A stretch of DNA of 62,988 nucleotides, counting the filler, from Basidiobolus ranarum (lineage: Eukaryota): assembly GCA_040143965.1 (NCBI GenBank). It is 7 parts of 7 records of this genome, joined end to end, with 100 filler letters (N's around TTAATTAATTAA, not from the genome) between each part and the next. Parts side by side here need not be neighbours in the genome. Positions count along the whole stretch, not along the records: positions 1 to 8,931 come from JASJQH010000899.1; positions 9,032 to 17,954 come from JASJQH010000900.1; 5 more parts are not named here. One strand, given 5' to 3'. The translations under genes were made by a program, and so were the position numbers. The stretch's first letter is position 1. The number at the start of each line of letters is the position of its first letter. Under the pieces are notes generated by a model that saw only the letters and a program-made list of their open reading frames with translations, was not told the origin of the DNA and made no database searches. Below are positions 1-13,030 of the stretch, in pieces.

Positions 1-260
1 ATTTAGCAGACTTTTGAATGAAGATTAATGCACATCAGCATCTAACTAAAGGAATGAAGAGAGTGCGTTAATACGCTATGGGAACCTTCCTATAAAGGTC
101 AAAAGCACTTTAAGAAGAAGAGTACCACACTCTGTGATTACTGTAAAAGAGCTGGCCTTTTAAGCCAAGATTGCATTAAAAGAATTGTCAAGGAAGAAAA
201 ATGTAAAGCATCTGGAAATGTGGTTACAACAGAAGATCACTTGTTCAAATCTGCTCAATT
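1..260 (+). mobile_element. Degenerate retrotransposon gag fragment (zinc-knuckle remnant)
   Basis: Translation around 130-180 gives LCDYCKRAGLLSQDC, a CX2CX4HX4C knuckle with H replaced by L. No long ORF. Confidence 0.45.
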
Positions 261-269
261 TAAAATTGG

Positions 270-2277
270 CCTTTCATCAAGAATCACATCTCTGCACTTA
301 ACTTCTGATTTTTGGTATTCACCAGACTGTAGGCCTTAAACCCAACACAGTAACTAAGAAATATGCATTTACTGCTTCTGGTTGCCAATTTGGAACTTTT
401 TTGAGGTGGAATTAGGCAATATACTGCACAATCAAAGATGCTGAGTTGATCCACACTTGGATTTGATCCATACCAGGTTTCAAATGGGGTAAAATTTTGT
501 AGCAATCTTGTAGGGCATCTGTTTTTCACATACACTGCAGTGGAGACAGATTCAGCCCAATATTAATAGTCTGACCTTTGATCATGTAAAATTTATCTTG
601 TCATCTCCACTATTGTCCTATTAGCACATCAACTCCATTTTGCTGCGGAGTAAGGGTACTGTAGTCTGTTGCTTAATTCCATGTTTAGAACACTTATTTT
701 TTGTGCAAATTCTTTGTCTACCATTTCTTTGTAGTGCTTGAATGTAGTTAATGCTTTAGATTTTGATTTGACAAAAAATACCCAAGTATATCTTGTTTTG
801 TCAAACATAAAGGTCTTAAAGTATCTTTTTCCATCTGATGATACATTTTTCATGGGCCCACATAGTTCAGAATGAATAAAAAATAAATTCTGAGTAGATT
901 TGATCTCTCTAAAGCTTGAGAACAGCTGTCTGTGACTTTTTCCAAGTATGCAACCTTCACACAGATCCAACTTGGTGACATTTTCAATTTGTAAGCCTGC
1001 AACAAGTTAATTTGGATTATTTGCATCACTTTTTGCTCCCCTACATGGCCTAATTTTCAAAGCCATGATTGAAAAATTATTTTGCCAGTTTTGGCTAGGT
1101 TTATATGCACAGAATGCAATTTGTTTGTGTCTGGCTTATGTAAATTTTCAGTTTTAATTCTGAAGCTAATTTGGTATTTTTCTGATCAGGGATAGTGTAT
1201 GCAGCCCTGCTGAGTGCAGAGTCTAGTCCTTGAGCTGTTGCTTGTATAACTCAGAGTAGATCCTTGGCTATATTTGTAACATAGAATCATTATTTAATTT
1301 TGCAGATGGTGCAGCTGAATTTTGGTTTAAATTGAGCACAACTGCACCCTTACCAACTGCATCTAGTGCATGGTCATCTCCCAAGTAGACTTTCCTTTCT
1401 TACGGGTTTTAAGCTCAAATACCAATCTTTATTGTTTGACATATGTTGGGAAGATCCTTTAGCAATGTACTATGCTTCTGTGTCTTCCTTAGTGGCTATG
1501 GACAGGGCATACCCAAACAGACAATCCCTATCAATGCTTACTTGATTTATTTGTTCTAATTTTAGCTTATTGGCACAAATCCCTTTTCTGCAATCTTTGA
1601 TTAAATAGCCTGGTTTATTGCAATACTTGCAGATGACTGATTTCCTATTAGTGGGTCAAATGTTGAAGCCTGTTGGACATTTTACATCTCCACAAGATGC
1701 ATAACCTGCATTATTTTGTTGAAAATTAGATCTCCTTAATTCCTCATTCCAAAAGCCCAACACCCACATATTCCATTGTCAGTGGCTCTTATCTTGATTC
1801 AAGGGCAATTATGTGGTTCCCAAAGTTGACTAGAAGGCTCACAAGTAGTGTCTTGACTGAGGCATCTTCACGTAGAGGTACTCCAATACATCAGAGCAGA
1901 TCTGCCATAGACATTGCTTTAACTGGCAGCATGTAGCTCAGAACATGATAAAGGTTTATTGGGGTTTGGAAGTGTTTTTGATAAGTTTTGTATTGATGAA
2001 TTTAACACTTAAGTTTTTTTGAATTGACTAGATCCTATTTGTAGCTTGCTACAAAATAAGACTATTAGACTTGCTTAGATGATAACAAGCATGTCTGTAA
2101 AGAATGGGTGAAAATGTGAGAAGTATTGAGAAAAAATTGGGAAAGTGATCTAACCAAAATTTGTATCAATTAGAGCAATAAGCACACAGTTTTGAATGGC
2201 AGAATTAAGTGCTAAATAATCCAAATGTGAATAAGCTAACTACTAGATAATGAGTTGTTACTTACCAAGTTTCAACA
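270..2277 (-). mobile_element. Degenerate Ty1/copia element (family A): 5' LTR, truncated gag, protease, GAG-pre-integrase and integrase
   Basis: Minus ORFs 629..970 (CEGCILGKSHR...HSELCGPM...YTWVFFVKSKS) and 284..535 (YVKNRCPT...TPFETWYG...IFDCAVY) are copia integrase pieces. Gag similarity to 36360-36700 lies at about 1600-1920. Many stops and frameshifts. Confidence 0.9.
1946..2277 (-). repeat. LTR, family A (about 330-380 bp)
   Basis: On the minus strand it begins TGTTG and ends TATCA. It aligns by eye with 3140-3490, 5191-5541, 39864-40243 and 43274-43622. Confidence 0.85.
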
Positions 2278-3490
2278 GGAAGATAAACACAATCAGAATA
2301 TCTTGCTGAATCAGTCAAGATACATCCTAGACATACTAAAACACTTCAACATGGAGAATGGAAAGCCTGTACCAACATCAATAGCTCTCATTGTGAATTT
2401 AATCAATATTGCATCCCATTTGGCCCAAAATGACACAAATCAAAGCCAGGAGGCCCCTTATCAATCCAGGATAGGTAGTATAATTAATGCAGTGGTTGAG
2501 CCACATCAGACATTGCTGAGGCAGCAGGAAGTATTAGCCAAAATATCAAAATTCTGGATCTTAGCACAAAACTGCAGTAAACTGAATATATAGGTATATA
2601 AGAGAAACTGTAGTTCAAGTCTCAATTAGTCTGGCACTGCTAATGCTTAAACTTTAAAGACTACAGTGCTGCAGGCTGGGGAAGAAATCTTGATGATAGA
2701 AGATCAGCCACCGGGTACACCATGCTCTATGGTAATGGAGCCATAACTTGGAATAAAGAGAAGCAACCAGCCATAGCACTTTCCACTACTAAAGCAGAGT
2801 ATATGGCTGCTTTTGCTACTACACAAGAAGCTGTGTGATTAAGGCAGATGTTTACAGACTTATGGTATATGCCAAAATGAGCTATTACTGTGTTTGTAGA
2901 TAATGAAAGTGGCATTTCATAAGCTAAAAACCCTGCATTTCATGGTAGCACAAAACATACAGATATTAGACATCATTCTCTTAGAGAAGCAATAGAGACT
3001 GATATAATTGAACTTGTCTGTTGCCCTGCTGCAGAAAAGCTTGCTGACATCTTAACTAGGCCTTGTGATATAGCTTATTTCATTTCTGAAGATATATGTC
3101 ACTTTATGCTGAAATAGAAAATAACCAGTTGAGTGAAAATGTTGAAAATTTGATACATAGCAGCTCATTACTTTATAGTTGGTTTATGCATATTCGGATT
3201 GTTTAGTACTCAATTCTGCCAACCAAGAATGCGATTTTATTACTCTTATTGATAGATATATCAATGACATAACTATAACCAATTTTTGCTATTTTCACTA
3301 AACTTCTCCAAATTACCTTAATGTTGACCCATGCTCACTGGCATGTTTGTTATGATCTGAGCATGTGCAATATTCCTATTTTGTAGTAAACTATAAATAG
3401 GATGTATTCAACTGAATGAAACTTAAGTGTCTGATTCACAAATCCAAATCTACTCCTAAACACTTCCAATGCTCCTAAATACTTTCATGA
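2278..3490 (+). mobile_element. 3' part of a family A copia element: RT end, RNase H, polypurine tract and 3' LTR (3140-3490)
   Basis: LNQSRYILDILKHFNME (RT); ALSTTKAEYMAA and HGSTKHTDIRHHSLREA (RNase H); purine-rich AGTTGAGTGAAAA immediately before TGTTG at 3140. Confidence 0.88.
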
Positions 3491-3599
3491 TCAGTACCAA
3501 CATTCAATGGTGTCAGCTTGAAAACCACTATAAGTACTGGGAATCTATTGGGGAGGGCTTCACTTTGAAATATGTAAGAAAGCAGAATCACTCAATTCT

Positions 3600-5905
3600 G
3601 CATTTCATCCAAAATGGCCAGACTTGGATTATGTACCAAATATAGCCAAGAATTACTCTTAGTAAGCCAAGAAACACCTCAGGGACTAAATTTAGTGCTC
3701 TGCATGGCTGGATGGCCTTTCACAGATCAGAATAATACTACATTAGCTACTGGGATCAAACCTCCAAATGTATACATGCTAGAAATCAACATATTGCATT
3801 CTGAGCATGCAAACTTGGCCAAAACTGGTAAAGTAAGTTGTCATATGTGGCAAAGAAATTTGGGCCACATTGGGGAACACAGAAAGACCAATAAGATCCA
3901 AAATCAGCATGTTTCAGGCTTAAAATTGAAAATATTTCTAAATTGGATATGTGGGAAGGTTGCATATATGGAAAAAATCACAGACAGCCATTATCCAGTG
4001 CTGGAGAGATTGAATCCACTCAGAATTTTGCCCTTTTAATTTTGACATATGTGGGCCCATGAAAAATATCTCACTAGGTGGGAAAAGAGACTTTATGACC
4101 TTTATTGATGATATAACAAGAAATACTTGGGTTTTCTTTCTCAAATCAAAACTTGAAGACTTATCTATATTCAAGTACTACTGCTCTAAAGACATTACTA
4201 GTTTTTATTCTAAGCATAGAAGAAAGCAACAAACTATTGTACCTTATACTCCAGAGCAAAGTGGAGTTGCAGAACATGGCAATAGGACCATAGTGGAGAT
4301 AAAAAGATCAATGTTAAATGATTAAAAGTTAGATTTCCAATATTGGGCTGAGTCTGTCTCCACTGCAGTCTATATCATAAACAGATTCCCAGCAAGATTG
4401 CTACAAAATTCTACTTCATTTGAAACCCTATGTGGATCAAAACCAAGTGTGGAACATCTCAGGATCTTTGGTTGCACAGCATATTACCTAATTCCAGCTC
4501 AAAAATGCTCCAAATTGGAACCCAAAGCAGGATAGGCATATTTCTTGCCTATTGTGATGAATCTAAGGACAAAAGACTGTCTGATACCAAAATTCAGAAG
4601 TTAATTAAGTGCAGAGATGAGATTTCTGATGAAAAAGCACATTTTACACCTCAAATCACAGTTCCAGAAAATACAATCAGTACTGCTCAGGAAGTGTCTG
4701 CCAAAGCTCCAGCTGTATCTGAGCCCTATCCAACCAAATTCAAGTCCCAATTAGATCTAAGGACAATTCATGACCAAGAAGAACATCCAGAAGGAGAAAT
4801 TAGCCAGCACACCAGAGGAGTACTTCCAATGATAAAGTATATGCTTATTCAGCATTCTGTGACAAGCCACACACTCCAGATCAAGCACTGCAGTAACCTG
4901 ATCCCAAATTATGGGAAAAAGCAATGTCTGATGAGTTTTTGTCACTTCAGGACAGTAAAACACGGGCTTTAAATCCCCTACCATCAGGGAGAAAGGCAAT
5001 AGGCTGCAAATGGGTCTACAAAGTAAAAAAACCAAGCTGATGGAACCATGGAGAGGTACAAACCAAGATCAGTTTCCGAAGTCTATTCCCAGACTCCAGG
5101 AGTTGATTTTAACAAAACATTTTCTCCAGTAGCTAAGTTTAGCTGCATTAGATCAATCTTGGTACTCTCAGCCATTCATAACCTTGGTTTTGATAAAAGT
5201 GTTTAGGGTATTTGGAAGTGTTTTGACAACATTTGGATTTGTGAATCAGACACTTAAGGTTTATTAAATTGAATATCTCCTATTTATAGCTTACTATGAA
5301 ATAGGATTATTAAACATGCTTGGATCATAACAAACATGCCAGTTAAGCATGAGTGAAAATTTGAGGTGAGTAGGAGAAGTTTTGAGAAAATAGTCAAAAT
5401 TGGTAAAAGTGATATAATTGACATTTCTATCAATTAAAGCAATAAAAACACATTTTTGAATGACAGAATTGAGTGCTAAGCAATCAGAATATGAATAAAC
5501 TAACTACTAAAGAATTAGTTGCTATTTACCGAATTTAAATAGATTTACAACAAATGGATGTAAAAAACAGACTTTCTGAATAGAAGTCTAGAAGAAGAGA
5601 ACTAGATGAAGCAACTGGAAGAATTTGTTGACCCAAAACATCCTGATATGGTCCATAAACTAAAGAAACTACTATATGAACTCAAGCAAGAACCCAGAGC
5701 ATGGTACAACAAGATAGATACATAATTGGAATTGCTAGAATTGAAAATATTCACAGCATATCAAACCAATTTCAGATGACTGATATAGGTGAATGAAGGT
5801 ATTTTCTTGGAATCTTATTCACAAGAGATAAACCCAATCAGGAAATCATGTTGAATCAATCTGGATACATCCTAGATATCATAAAATGCCACAACATGGA
5901 GATCA
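3600..5905 (+). mobile_element. Degenerate family A copia internal region (GAG-pre-integrase, integrase, RT), interrupted by a solo LTR
   Basis: ORFs 3614..4039, 4059..4325 (MTFIDD...TWVFFLKSK...PYTPEQSGVAE) and 4430..4972; RT motifs CKWVYK and QMDVKT. Confidence 0.88.
5191..5541 (-). repeat. Solo LTR (family A) inserted antisense into a copia RT gene
   Basis: Flanked by GGTTT (5186-5190) and GATTT (5542-5546), a 5-bp target-site duplication with one mismatch. Removing it restores AIHNLDLQQMDVK. Confidence 0.85.
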
Positions 5906-5949
5906 AATTGAATCAGAAATAGCCCTGATTACTATTTCAACGAGTACCA

Positions 5950-7995
5950 AAATTAGGCCTATGCCTTCACAGCTCAAATACAAGAACCCAAGACTGTAAA
6001 AGATTCCCTGAATGGACATCACACAAAATTATGGAGATCTCAAATGGCTGATAAGTATCAGGCTTTGATTGATAATAAGACTTGGGTTTTAACCAACTTA
6101 CCTGATGATAGAATACCAATTGGCTGCCAATGAGTGTTTAAAGTTAAATACAGCTCTTACTGCAATATAGAAAGGGACAAGGCCAGAGTAGTAGCCAAAG
6201 GCTATTCTCACACATCAGGAATAGAGAATACAGAACTTTTGCTCCTGTAGCAAAGTTTAATTCAAATTGATTGATTGTAGCAATTGCAGCTAAGTATCAG
6301 TTTATTTTACATCACATGGATGTTAAAGCCACTTTTTTGAATGGTGAGCTAGCTGGGGAGATCTATATATACCAGCCAGATGGATTTGTGCACCCTGAAA
6401 ACTTTAAAAGAGTTTGCAGACTCTGGAAAGCACCCTATGGCTTAAAGCAAACCCCAAGAGTTTGGAATAGCTAGATAGAATCTTTTTTGGAAACACCCAA
6501 ATTTCATAAGAATAATGCTGAGTATAGTATCTATTTCAGGCCAGATAAGACAAACCCATCTTTTTTGGCCTTATATGTAGATCACCTTACTATAGCAATC
6601 AATGACTTGAAGACTTTGGAGAAAACCAAATCCAGCTTATCTGCCAAATTCAAAATGAATGATCTTGGTGAACTGTCATACTATCTTGGTGACCAAGTTA
6701 AGATATATAGAACTATCAAAACAATAACTTTAAACCAGTCTAAGCATATCCTAGATATTCTTAAGAGGTTCAAAATGAAAGAATACAATCCAGTATATAT
6801 TACAAAATAGACAATTCTTAACTTCACTAAAAATGGCTCAAATCAATTGTTCTTGGATCCTACTGAAAGCCAGAAATTCCTTCTAAATCAATGGCTGGTA
6901 GCATGATGTATATCATGGCTGAGACACAGCCAGATTTTGCATATTCAGTGGGAGGTTTGTGCCAATATCTTCAAAATTATGGATCTGATCGTGTCTATGC
7001 AGTTAAGCCAATTTTCAAATATTTGAAAGGTACTGTGAAGCTGTGCTTAAAATAGATATATTCTGGATTAAACTTTGAGCAAATGGGATATTCTGATGCA
7101 AATTGGGGGAGAGATATTAAAGACAGGAGATCTATAACAGGGCACTTATTTCTTTGCAGTAATGTAGCTATTTCTATGAATTCAAAGAAACAACCTAACT
7201 TAGCACTTTCAACAACAGAAACAGAATACATGACTGCCTGTAAAGCAACAAAAGAAGCAATATGGTTAAGAAAACTCTCAACAGATATAGGTTATTCTCA
7301 AAACTTGCCAACTAAAATATTTCAAGATAATTACAGTTGTATCAAATCAGCTAAAAATTCCACATTACACAATAGAAGCAAATACATAGATATTAAGCAG
7401 CACTTTGTTAAAGAGACAATAGAGAGTTGATTTATTGACTTAACTTATTGTTCTACAGAAGATATCATTGCTGATATATTATAACTATTTAGTTTAGAGA
7501 GAGTGTTGAAATAGCATTGTCTAAGCACCTATATAGTCATATATCACTTAGTACCCAGTTATGTGTTATTTCACTAAGATAGTTTCCACTATTCTCAATC
7601 AGAACTTACTTAGAATATCTTTGCCAACTTAGAAGCTCTTGGACATATTGATTTTTAAACTTGTGCTAGAAGCCCCAAACTTGGTACACATGTTCCTGTG
7701 ACCATCCCTAACATATTCTAGATATTAGTTTGCTTACACCTTGACAAAACTCTAAACATCAACTTTCCACTCAATAAATTAGTAAGTGCAAACTACCTAT
7801 TTCTCTACTTTTCCTAACCACTTCCAACAGGCTCCCAAATACTTGAAGAGTTGGCAGTCGTAGATAACTCATTTGAGTTACTTTTCTACTATGTAAGTCA
7901 CCATATACTCTTAAGAATAAAGTAACTATAACATACTGTCATAAGTTGCTTCTAATATACAAAATCTACCAGCATTATGTCAAGATCCTCCAACA
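5950..7995 (+). mobile_element. Degenerate Ty1/copia element (family B): RT, RNase H, PPT and LTR (7504-7995)
   Basis: HHMDVKATFLNGEL, LYVDHL, GYSDANWG...RRSITG, ALSTTETEY and SKYIDIKQHFVKE. PPT AGTTTAGAGAGAG is followed by TGTTG at 7504; the LTR ends CCAACA at 7995 and matches 16185-16680 in reverse. Confidence 0.88.
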
Positions 7996-8850
7996 TAGTA
8001 GCAGCAAGTAAATTATAGTCTTCTTCCCAACAGGAGATTACTAATTTTCCAACATTTTATGGGGAAGACTGCCTTGAATGGAAATTCAAGACACAATTTG
8101 TGCTTGAAGGGAAACATGTCTGGCAAGCAGTTCAACCAGATGATGAAGAAGAAACATCTGAAGAAGAAAGTACAGATTCTGTCACTGAACCAAAGAAGCC
8201 AGGGCAACCTTCAAAGAGAAAGACAGATTGGCATTAAGGGAAACATGTTTAAGACTGGGATGACAAGAACTTATGCTAGTCAGAGATGCTGACTTTGTCA
8301 AGAATGCATGAGAAGTTATAGTGGAACATCATGAGCAAAAAGGGCTTTCTCACTTGATGGTGCTACAAAGAATACTTTCAAACTCTTGTATGTCTGAGAA
8401 TCCAGATATTATGACATTGTAAATATTGTCAGGAAACTAGCTCAACAACTGGAATCAGTGAATTATGAAGTACATGAAATGGATATAATTCTTACCATAA
8501 TTAATGGTCTTCCTGAATCACATTCAGTCCTAGAACACAATTTGGAAGCAATTGGGGGTGCACTTACTCAGCATTAGCCAATCACTTGTCTATATCAAAA
8601 AGAATTTAAAAGGAAAGCCAAAGTCTGCCTGCAGATGAAACAAAAACTACACTGATAGTGAATCAGAAAGGAGCACTGTTAAATGTTACAAATGTGGAAA
8701 ACTGCAACAGATAGCACATTTTTGCAGATCAAAGAAGAAATGGGTGTCAAAGAAAATGGAAGCATATAACACCACTAAAGGAGGAAATGAGAACTATATA
8801 CTTATGGTAATCTCTAAATCAGGGAATCCCTTTGTTAATATATAGATTCC
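7996..8850 (+). mobile_element. Family B copia PBS-like site and degenerate gag
   Basis: TAGTAGCAG (PBS-like) directly after the LTR; WKFKTQFVLEGKHVWQAV (copia gag N-terminus); KCYKCGKLQQIAHFCRSKK zinc-knuckle remnant at about 8680-8735. Confidence 0.75.
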
Positions 8851-8931
8851 AGATTCTATCGATAAGCACACGCTGCTGCATTAATAACAGACAGATCAAA
8901 CCAGTCCAGCAGCAATTCATCAGGATCATAT

Positions 8932-9031
8932 NNNNNNNNNNNNNNNNNNNNNNNNNNNNNNNNNNNNNNNNNNNNTTAATTAATTAANNNNNNNNNNNNN
9001 NNNNNNNNNNNNNNNNNNNNNNNNNNNNNNN
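8932..9031. other. Artificial contig linker (N44-TTAATTAATTAA-N44)
   Basis: Identical 100-bp spacer with stop codons in all six frames. It recurs at 17955-18054, 26975-27074, 35991-36090, 45006-45105 and 54003-54102. Confidence 0.97.
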
Positions 9032-9304
9032 TTTTTAGGTTGTGACTTGTGCGCCTTTTAAAGATTTGAGAGTTGATCTTGTCATACTGGTTGTATCTTC
9101 GAATAAAGATAAAATTTATGGTAAAATTCATAAAAAATATAGCGGTCACATTGTTTATATTACAACATGAATTGTATATAAACATTCAACATGGGTCCAG
9201 TTTTTATCTATTTCCATTTCCATTTCTTTGTCCTTAAATATCGCCTCTTCAAGAGTGCTCATAGAAGCCGGTTATTTTTCGAGCACATTCACCGGAACAC
9301 AACC

Positions 9305-10211
9305 ATGATTTATACTCTTATGAAACTCCTCTGGTATGCTTAGAAAGACATTATGTGATCCAACAATGTAGATTCTTTATTTCTAACCTTTTTTACTAGT
9401 CTATCAACAGGTCTTTATCGTTCCTATAAAGCTGTGAAATCGGGAAAAAAAACTCTTCTAATTCAGTGGGTTGCTTTCTGGATCGTTATGGTGGCTTATC
9501 GCTTCGCCGAGTTTATGTGCGACTCAATAGTGGGTTGGTGGTAAGTATGGTGTGGATTGTTTTAAAACGGTAAAGCCTATTAATCCACTCTTGTAATTCA
9601 GGCTTCCTTTATACAGCTATGGCAAGCTAATGATTGTCGGATATTTGCTGTTCACTCAACCCTGGGTATGTGTTTAATATAGATGCATGTTTATGTGTCA
9701 CTTTTTCTCACGTTGGTTTATTTTAGGGAGCTGAGACCTTATATAAGCAATATATTAGACCAAATATCAAATATCACCAAAAAGATATCGAGAGCATAAA
9801 GGACAATGTATGAAGATTCCCCATTATTCTATATATACTGCTTGACTAACCTTGTTTCGTTAGTACACTATGTATCTGGCTCACTTTTTCAAGGGACTGG
9901 CTAGGTTGGCCGTGTACATGGCTGGGTTTATTCTGACTATTATGCTGCAATTGGTATGTGTTTGTATAGTTTCTTTGATTTTATTTTACACTTCTGAAAT
10001 TTTCAAATTTCAATAGAAGGATTTAATTTCTCGCAAGGTTGCCTCGTTAACTATCTGGCAAAGTTACAATTATCGTAACAAAGAGAGCAGTTTACCAAAT
10101 TTGGATTCTCGATATCCAAAATTTCAAACCACTTCCATCCAGTCTACCAATAAGTCACATCAAACCAGGGTATCAAAAAGACTAGTCAAGACTGGAGATA
10201 GTAGTTCTTAA
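9305..10211 (+). CDS. TB2/DP1/HVA22 (REEP/Yop1-like) membrane protein, 6 exons
   Basis: Manual splicing over GT-AG introns gives MIYTLMKLLCLSTGLYRSYKAVKSGKKTLLIQWVAFWIVMVAYRFAEFMCDSIVGWWLPLYSYGKLMIVGYLLFTQPWGAETLYKQYIRP..., matching the Y.SYKA / QW..YW / W.P.Y...K / GA..LY..RP pattern. Stop at 10209-10211. Confidence 0.82.
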
Positions 10212-11952
10212 GTTGGAATTTCAATTCGAAACTCCCAAAAAGTCCTCTGATTGTCATGGAAAGAACATCTTTGGTAATAGAAATATGACCAAGACTTTAC
10301 TGGTATTGTATATCGCTAATATTCGAGTGTAAATTCTCTTACTATTCTTCTAAAATTTCTTAAAGAACTTTCAATGTCGACTGATTGTCTTGTCGCTTTA
10401 ACTGTACCCACCTCCGTACCCCTTTCACTTTACCTACCATAAATTCTTGTATATTTCTAGTAAAATGCCACCGAAGCTGATGATAGGTATCGGCTACTAA
10501 TAAAATGAAGAATCTACATAGGTTGTGCTATATAAAATGGTTCGATACATTGTCTAGATTCACAGAAGATACTAAACTAAAAGGTACTCTCCAGAAAACC
10601 TCTTTTCTGTATATCGAAGGGGCTTTCTTGTCTAAAGGTTGACAGAAATACTTCAGGGATACTATATCCCCCAAATTAGCTTGCATTTTACTTTTCTCCA
10701 TCGTTATCTTCAAAGTCAGATAAGAGCTAAGACTGCCTATGTTATCTGTGGAAGCCACCAATATTAAAGATATGAAGTCTAGTTAACTGCTGAACTCAAG
10801 TTAGAAGAGAAATAAAAGAATCTTATCCTCATTAACCATTATCCGGAGCTTCTAGTGATAACACCGAAATTCACTTGGTCAACTCTGGTTCGTTAGCTTT
10901 CCCTTCAGCTGAAAAGCAAGAATGTTTCAATGTGGAAATTGATCGACAATGATCACTAAGAGTTTCCCAAAGGGTGAAGAGGAAGTATCCTCTAGCCAAC
11001 ACTAGTGAAGCGTTATAGTTATGACGAATACACTTCACTGTCACATCACCATATGATTGTATATCACTATAGCAGAATCGTCAGTGGGACAAGTAGTGAG
11101 TAACTAAGCTACAAGATGATTCAGAAGAGATGTGGATTACCAGTCTCAATTTGATCACCATCATGAGTTCAAATACCTACTGCTGATTTTGATAGTCAAA
11201 GTATGACCATATTGGCTAAACACTGTGACTGTTGCTGAACTATACAAGAATGATCAGTCACGCTATTGACAGCTAAACTCAGTGGCCATCTAGACCCGCC
11301 CTGAGCCAGCAATTTCTTGCAACAGCCTTCTTGAATTAGGTATTTCAACCTACTGAGCACAAGCCCGAATCGGTCTTTTATTTTACTCATTAAAGATAGA
11401 CTTGCTCGCTCCCTTGGCAATCAAAACGAACAATGGGCGTCACTTGATTGTTACTGATGGGTAGTTACACATAAATAATGACCATCCATGCTAGCCCTCT
11501 CCATTGGACTAATCCGACCGAGACATTGATAAACAGAAAACTCATATCCACTGAGCATCCAGTGATTCTCCGAGAATGTGAACCAAAACAAACACTTGGT
11601 TTATTCTAGAATTATCCCGAACATAACAAGAAACAATCTGGAATGAAGATTTTGTGTCTAAGAAATGGACACTAGCATGCAAGTTTCAGTGTGCAAGCTT
11701 CATTAGTTCAATGATTGGGAATCAAACGGAGAATATTGTCTATCTTGAGTAATGCATTTCCTTACAAGGTTCCACCAAATATTCACGAGATTAGGTTCAC
11801 CTGATCCCAAATGAGAGTAAATCTCATATTTCTAAACAGGAACTTGGTCTGGTGGCTTTGATGTCTGCAGTTTGATTTAAAAGTGGCACTTCTGGTCGTC
11901 TGCATATTTGTAGTACACATTACTCAACCTCTCTACTGAACTTCTCTACATA

Positions 11953-12174
11953 ATGGACCTGGACTGGTGCACTGTTTGTGGTAAACATGTCGAAGTGGTA
12001 GGCCATCTCTACTGTTCACCTGACTGTCGCCAACGAGATCTGAATTTAACCTACCTTATAACCCATCCCACTACTCCCTCAGTAAAACTCTATAGAAAGA
12101 AGCCACATGGTATAGCCACTCCTACAGCCAAGCCATGTCAAAGCCAGAACTCTCGTATAGGCTTGGCCTGTTAG
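11953..12174 (+). CDS. Ecl1/2/3-family zinc-binding small protein (73 aa)
   Basis: MDLDWCTVCGKH...LYCSPDCRQRD has the CxxC...YCSxxC motif of the Ecl1 family. Confidence 0.72.
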   Translation: MDLDWCTVCGKHVEVVGHLYCSPDCRQRDLNLTYLITHPTTPSVKLYRKKPHGIATPTAKPCQSQNSRIGLAC

Positions 12175-13030
12175 CCACTTGAAGTTGCTTAGTTCGATTC
12201 CAGGGGTGGTGCACACTGACCCAACCCTCATCCTAGTTTCCCAATTATCCGTAAGGCTTTTATGCTTGATTTCCTTGATATCTGAACACGAAGTTCTGCC
12301 TTATGGAGAGTCACTTTCCATTATAATATGTATTCTTATATTGTGTATATACATGCGAATGGGTATTTCTTGCCTCTCATCTGCCGAATTTCTAAACATT
12401 ATGGACGCTCACTCTTCAAATAAACACCCTAATTGCAACATCTAAACAACTTCTTGAAAGAATTTCCTGCCAAGCAAGAAAATACTTCCTTTAAAGGATT
12501 AACCAGGCTTACTTGGCCTTCTCTAGCTATTAATTGCGCCAAAATATGCCAAGTGCAACGAGTCATACTGGGGATTTAATAAAGATTATATTGTCTACGC
12601 CAAATACCTAGCCACCCATTTCTATCTCTACACTATAGGGACTGGCAGTGTATTGATGTACTAGGCCTGCCGCGTTCCAAGTCGTAAAGAGGAATGACTG
12701 TTACGGATTTCTCTCTGAGAAGAATGACTGTTGCTTGGTATATTCTAGGCCAGTAGAGTCGCGTATTCGTCATCTAGACTTACCTCATCCTCGATTTTTT
12801 GACAATCATGCATGAATCATCCACAGATTTGGCCAAGTTGAATATACCAGAGTAGCCGTAGAATGAAACTTCTGGTAGATGATTAAGATCACTTGAGGCC
12901 CAATTAACTATATGCTAATGTCATGAGGATACTAGGAAGGTTAGATCGAAGCTTTTCGAATAAATGCTGCGATATTTCTGGGTAAAATCGAACCATTACT
13001 TTTATCACTAACTCTCTAATCGACTGATTC

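Noticed and set aside
8976-8987. TTAATTAATTAA palindrome recurring about every 9 kb
   Set aside because: Synthetic linker inside N runs, not a biological repeat.
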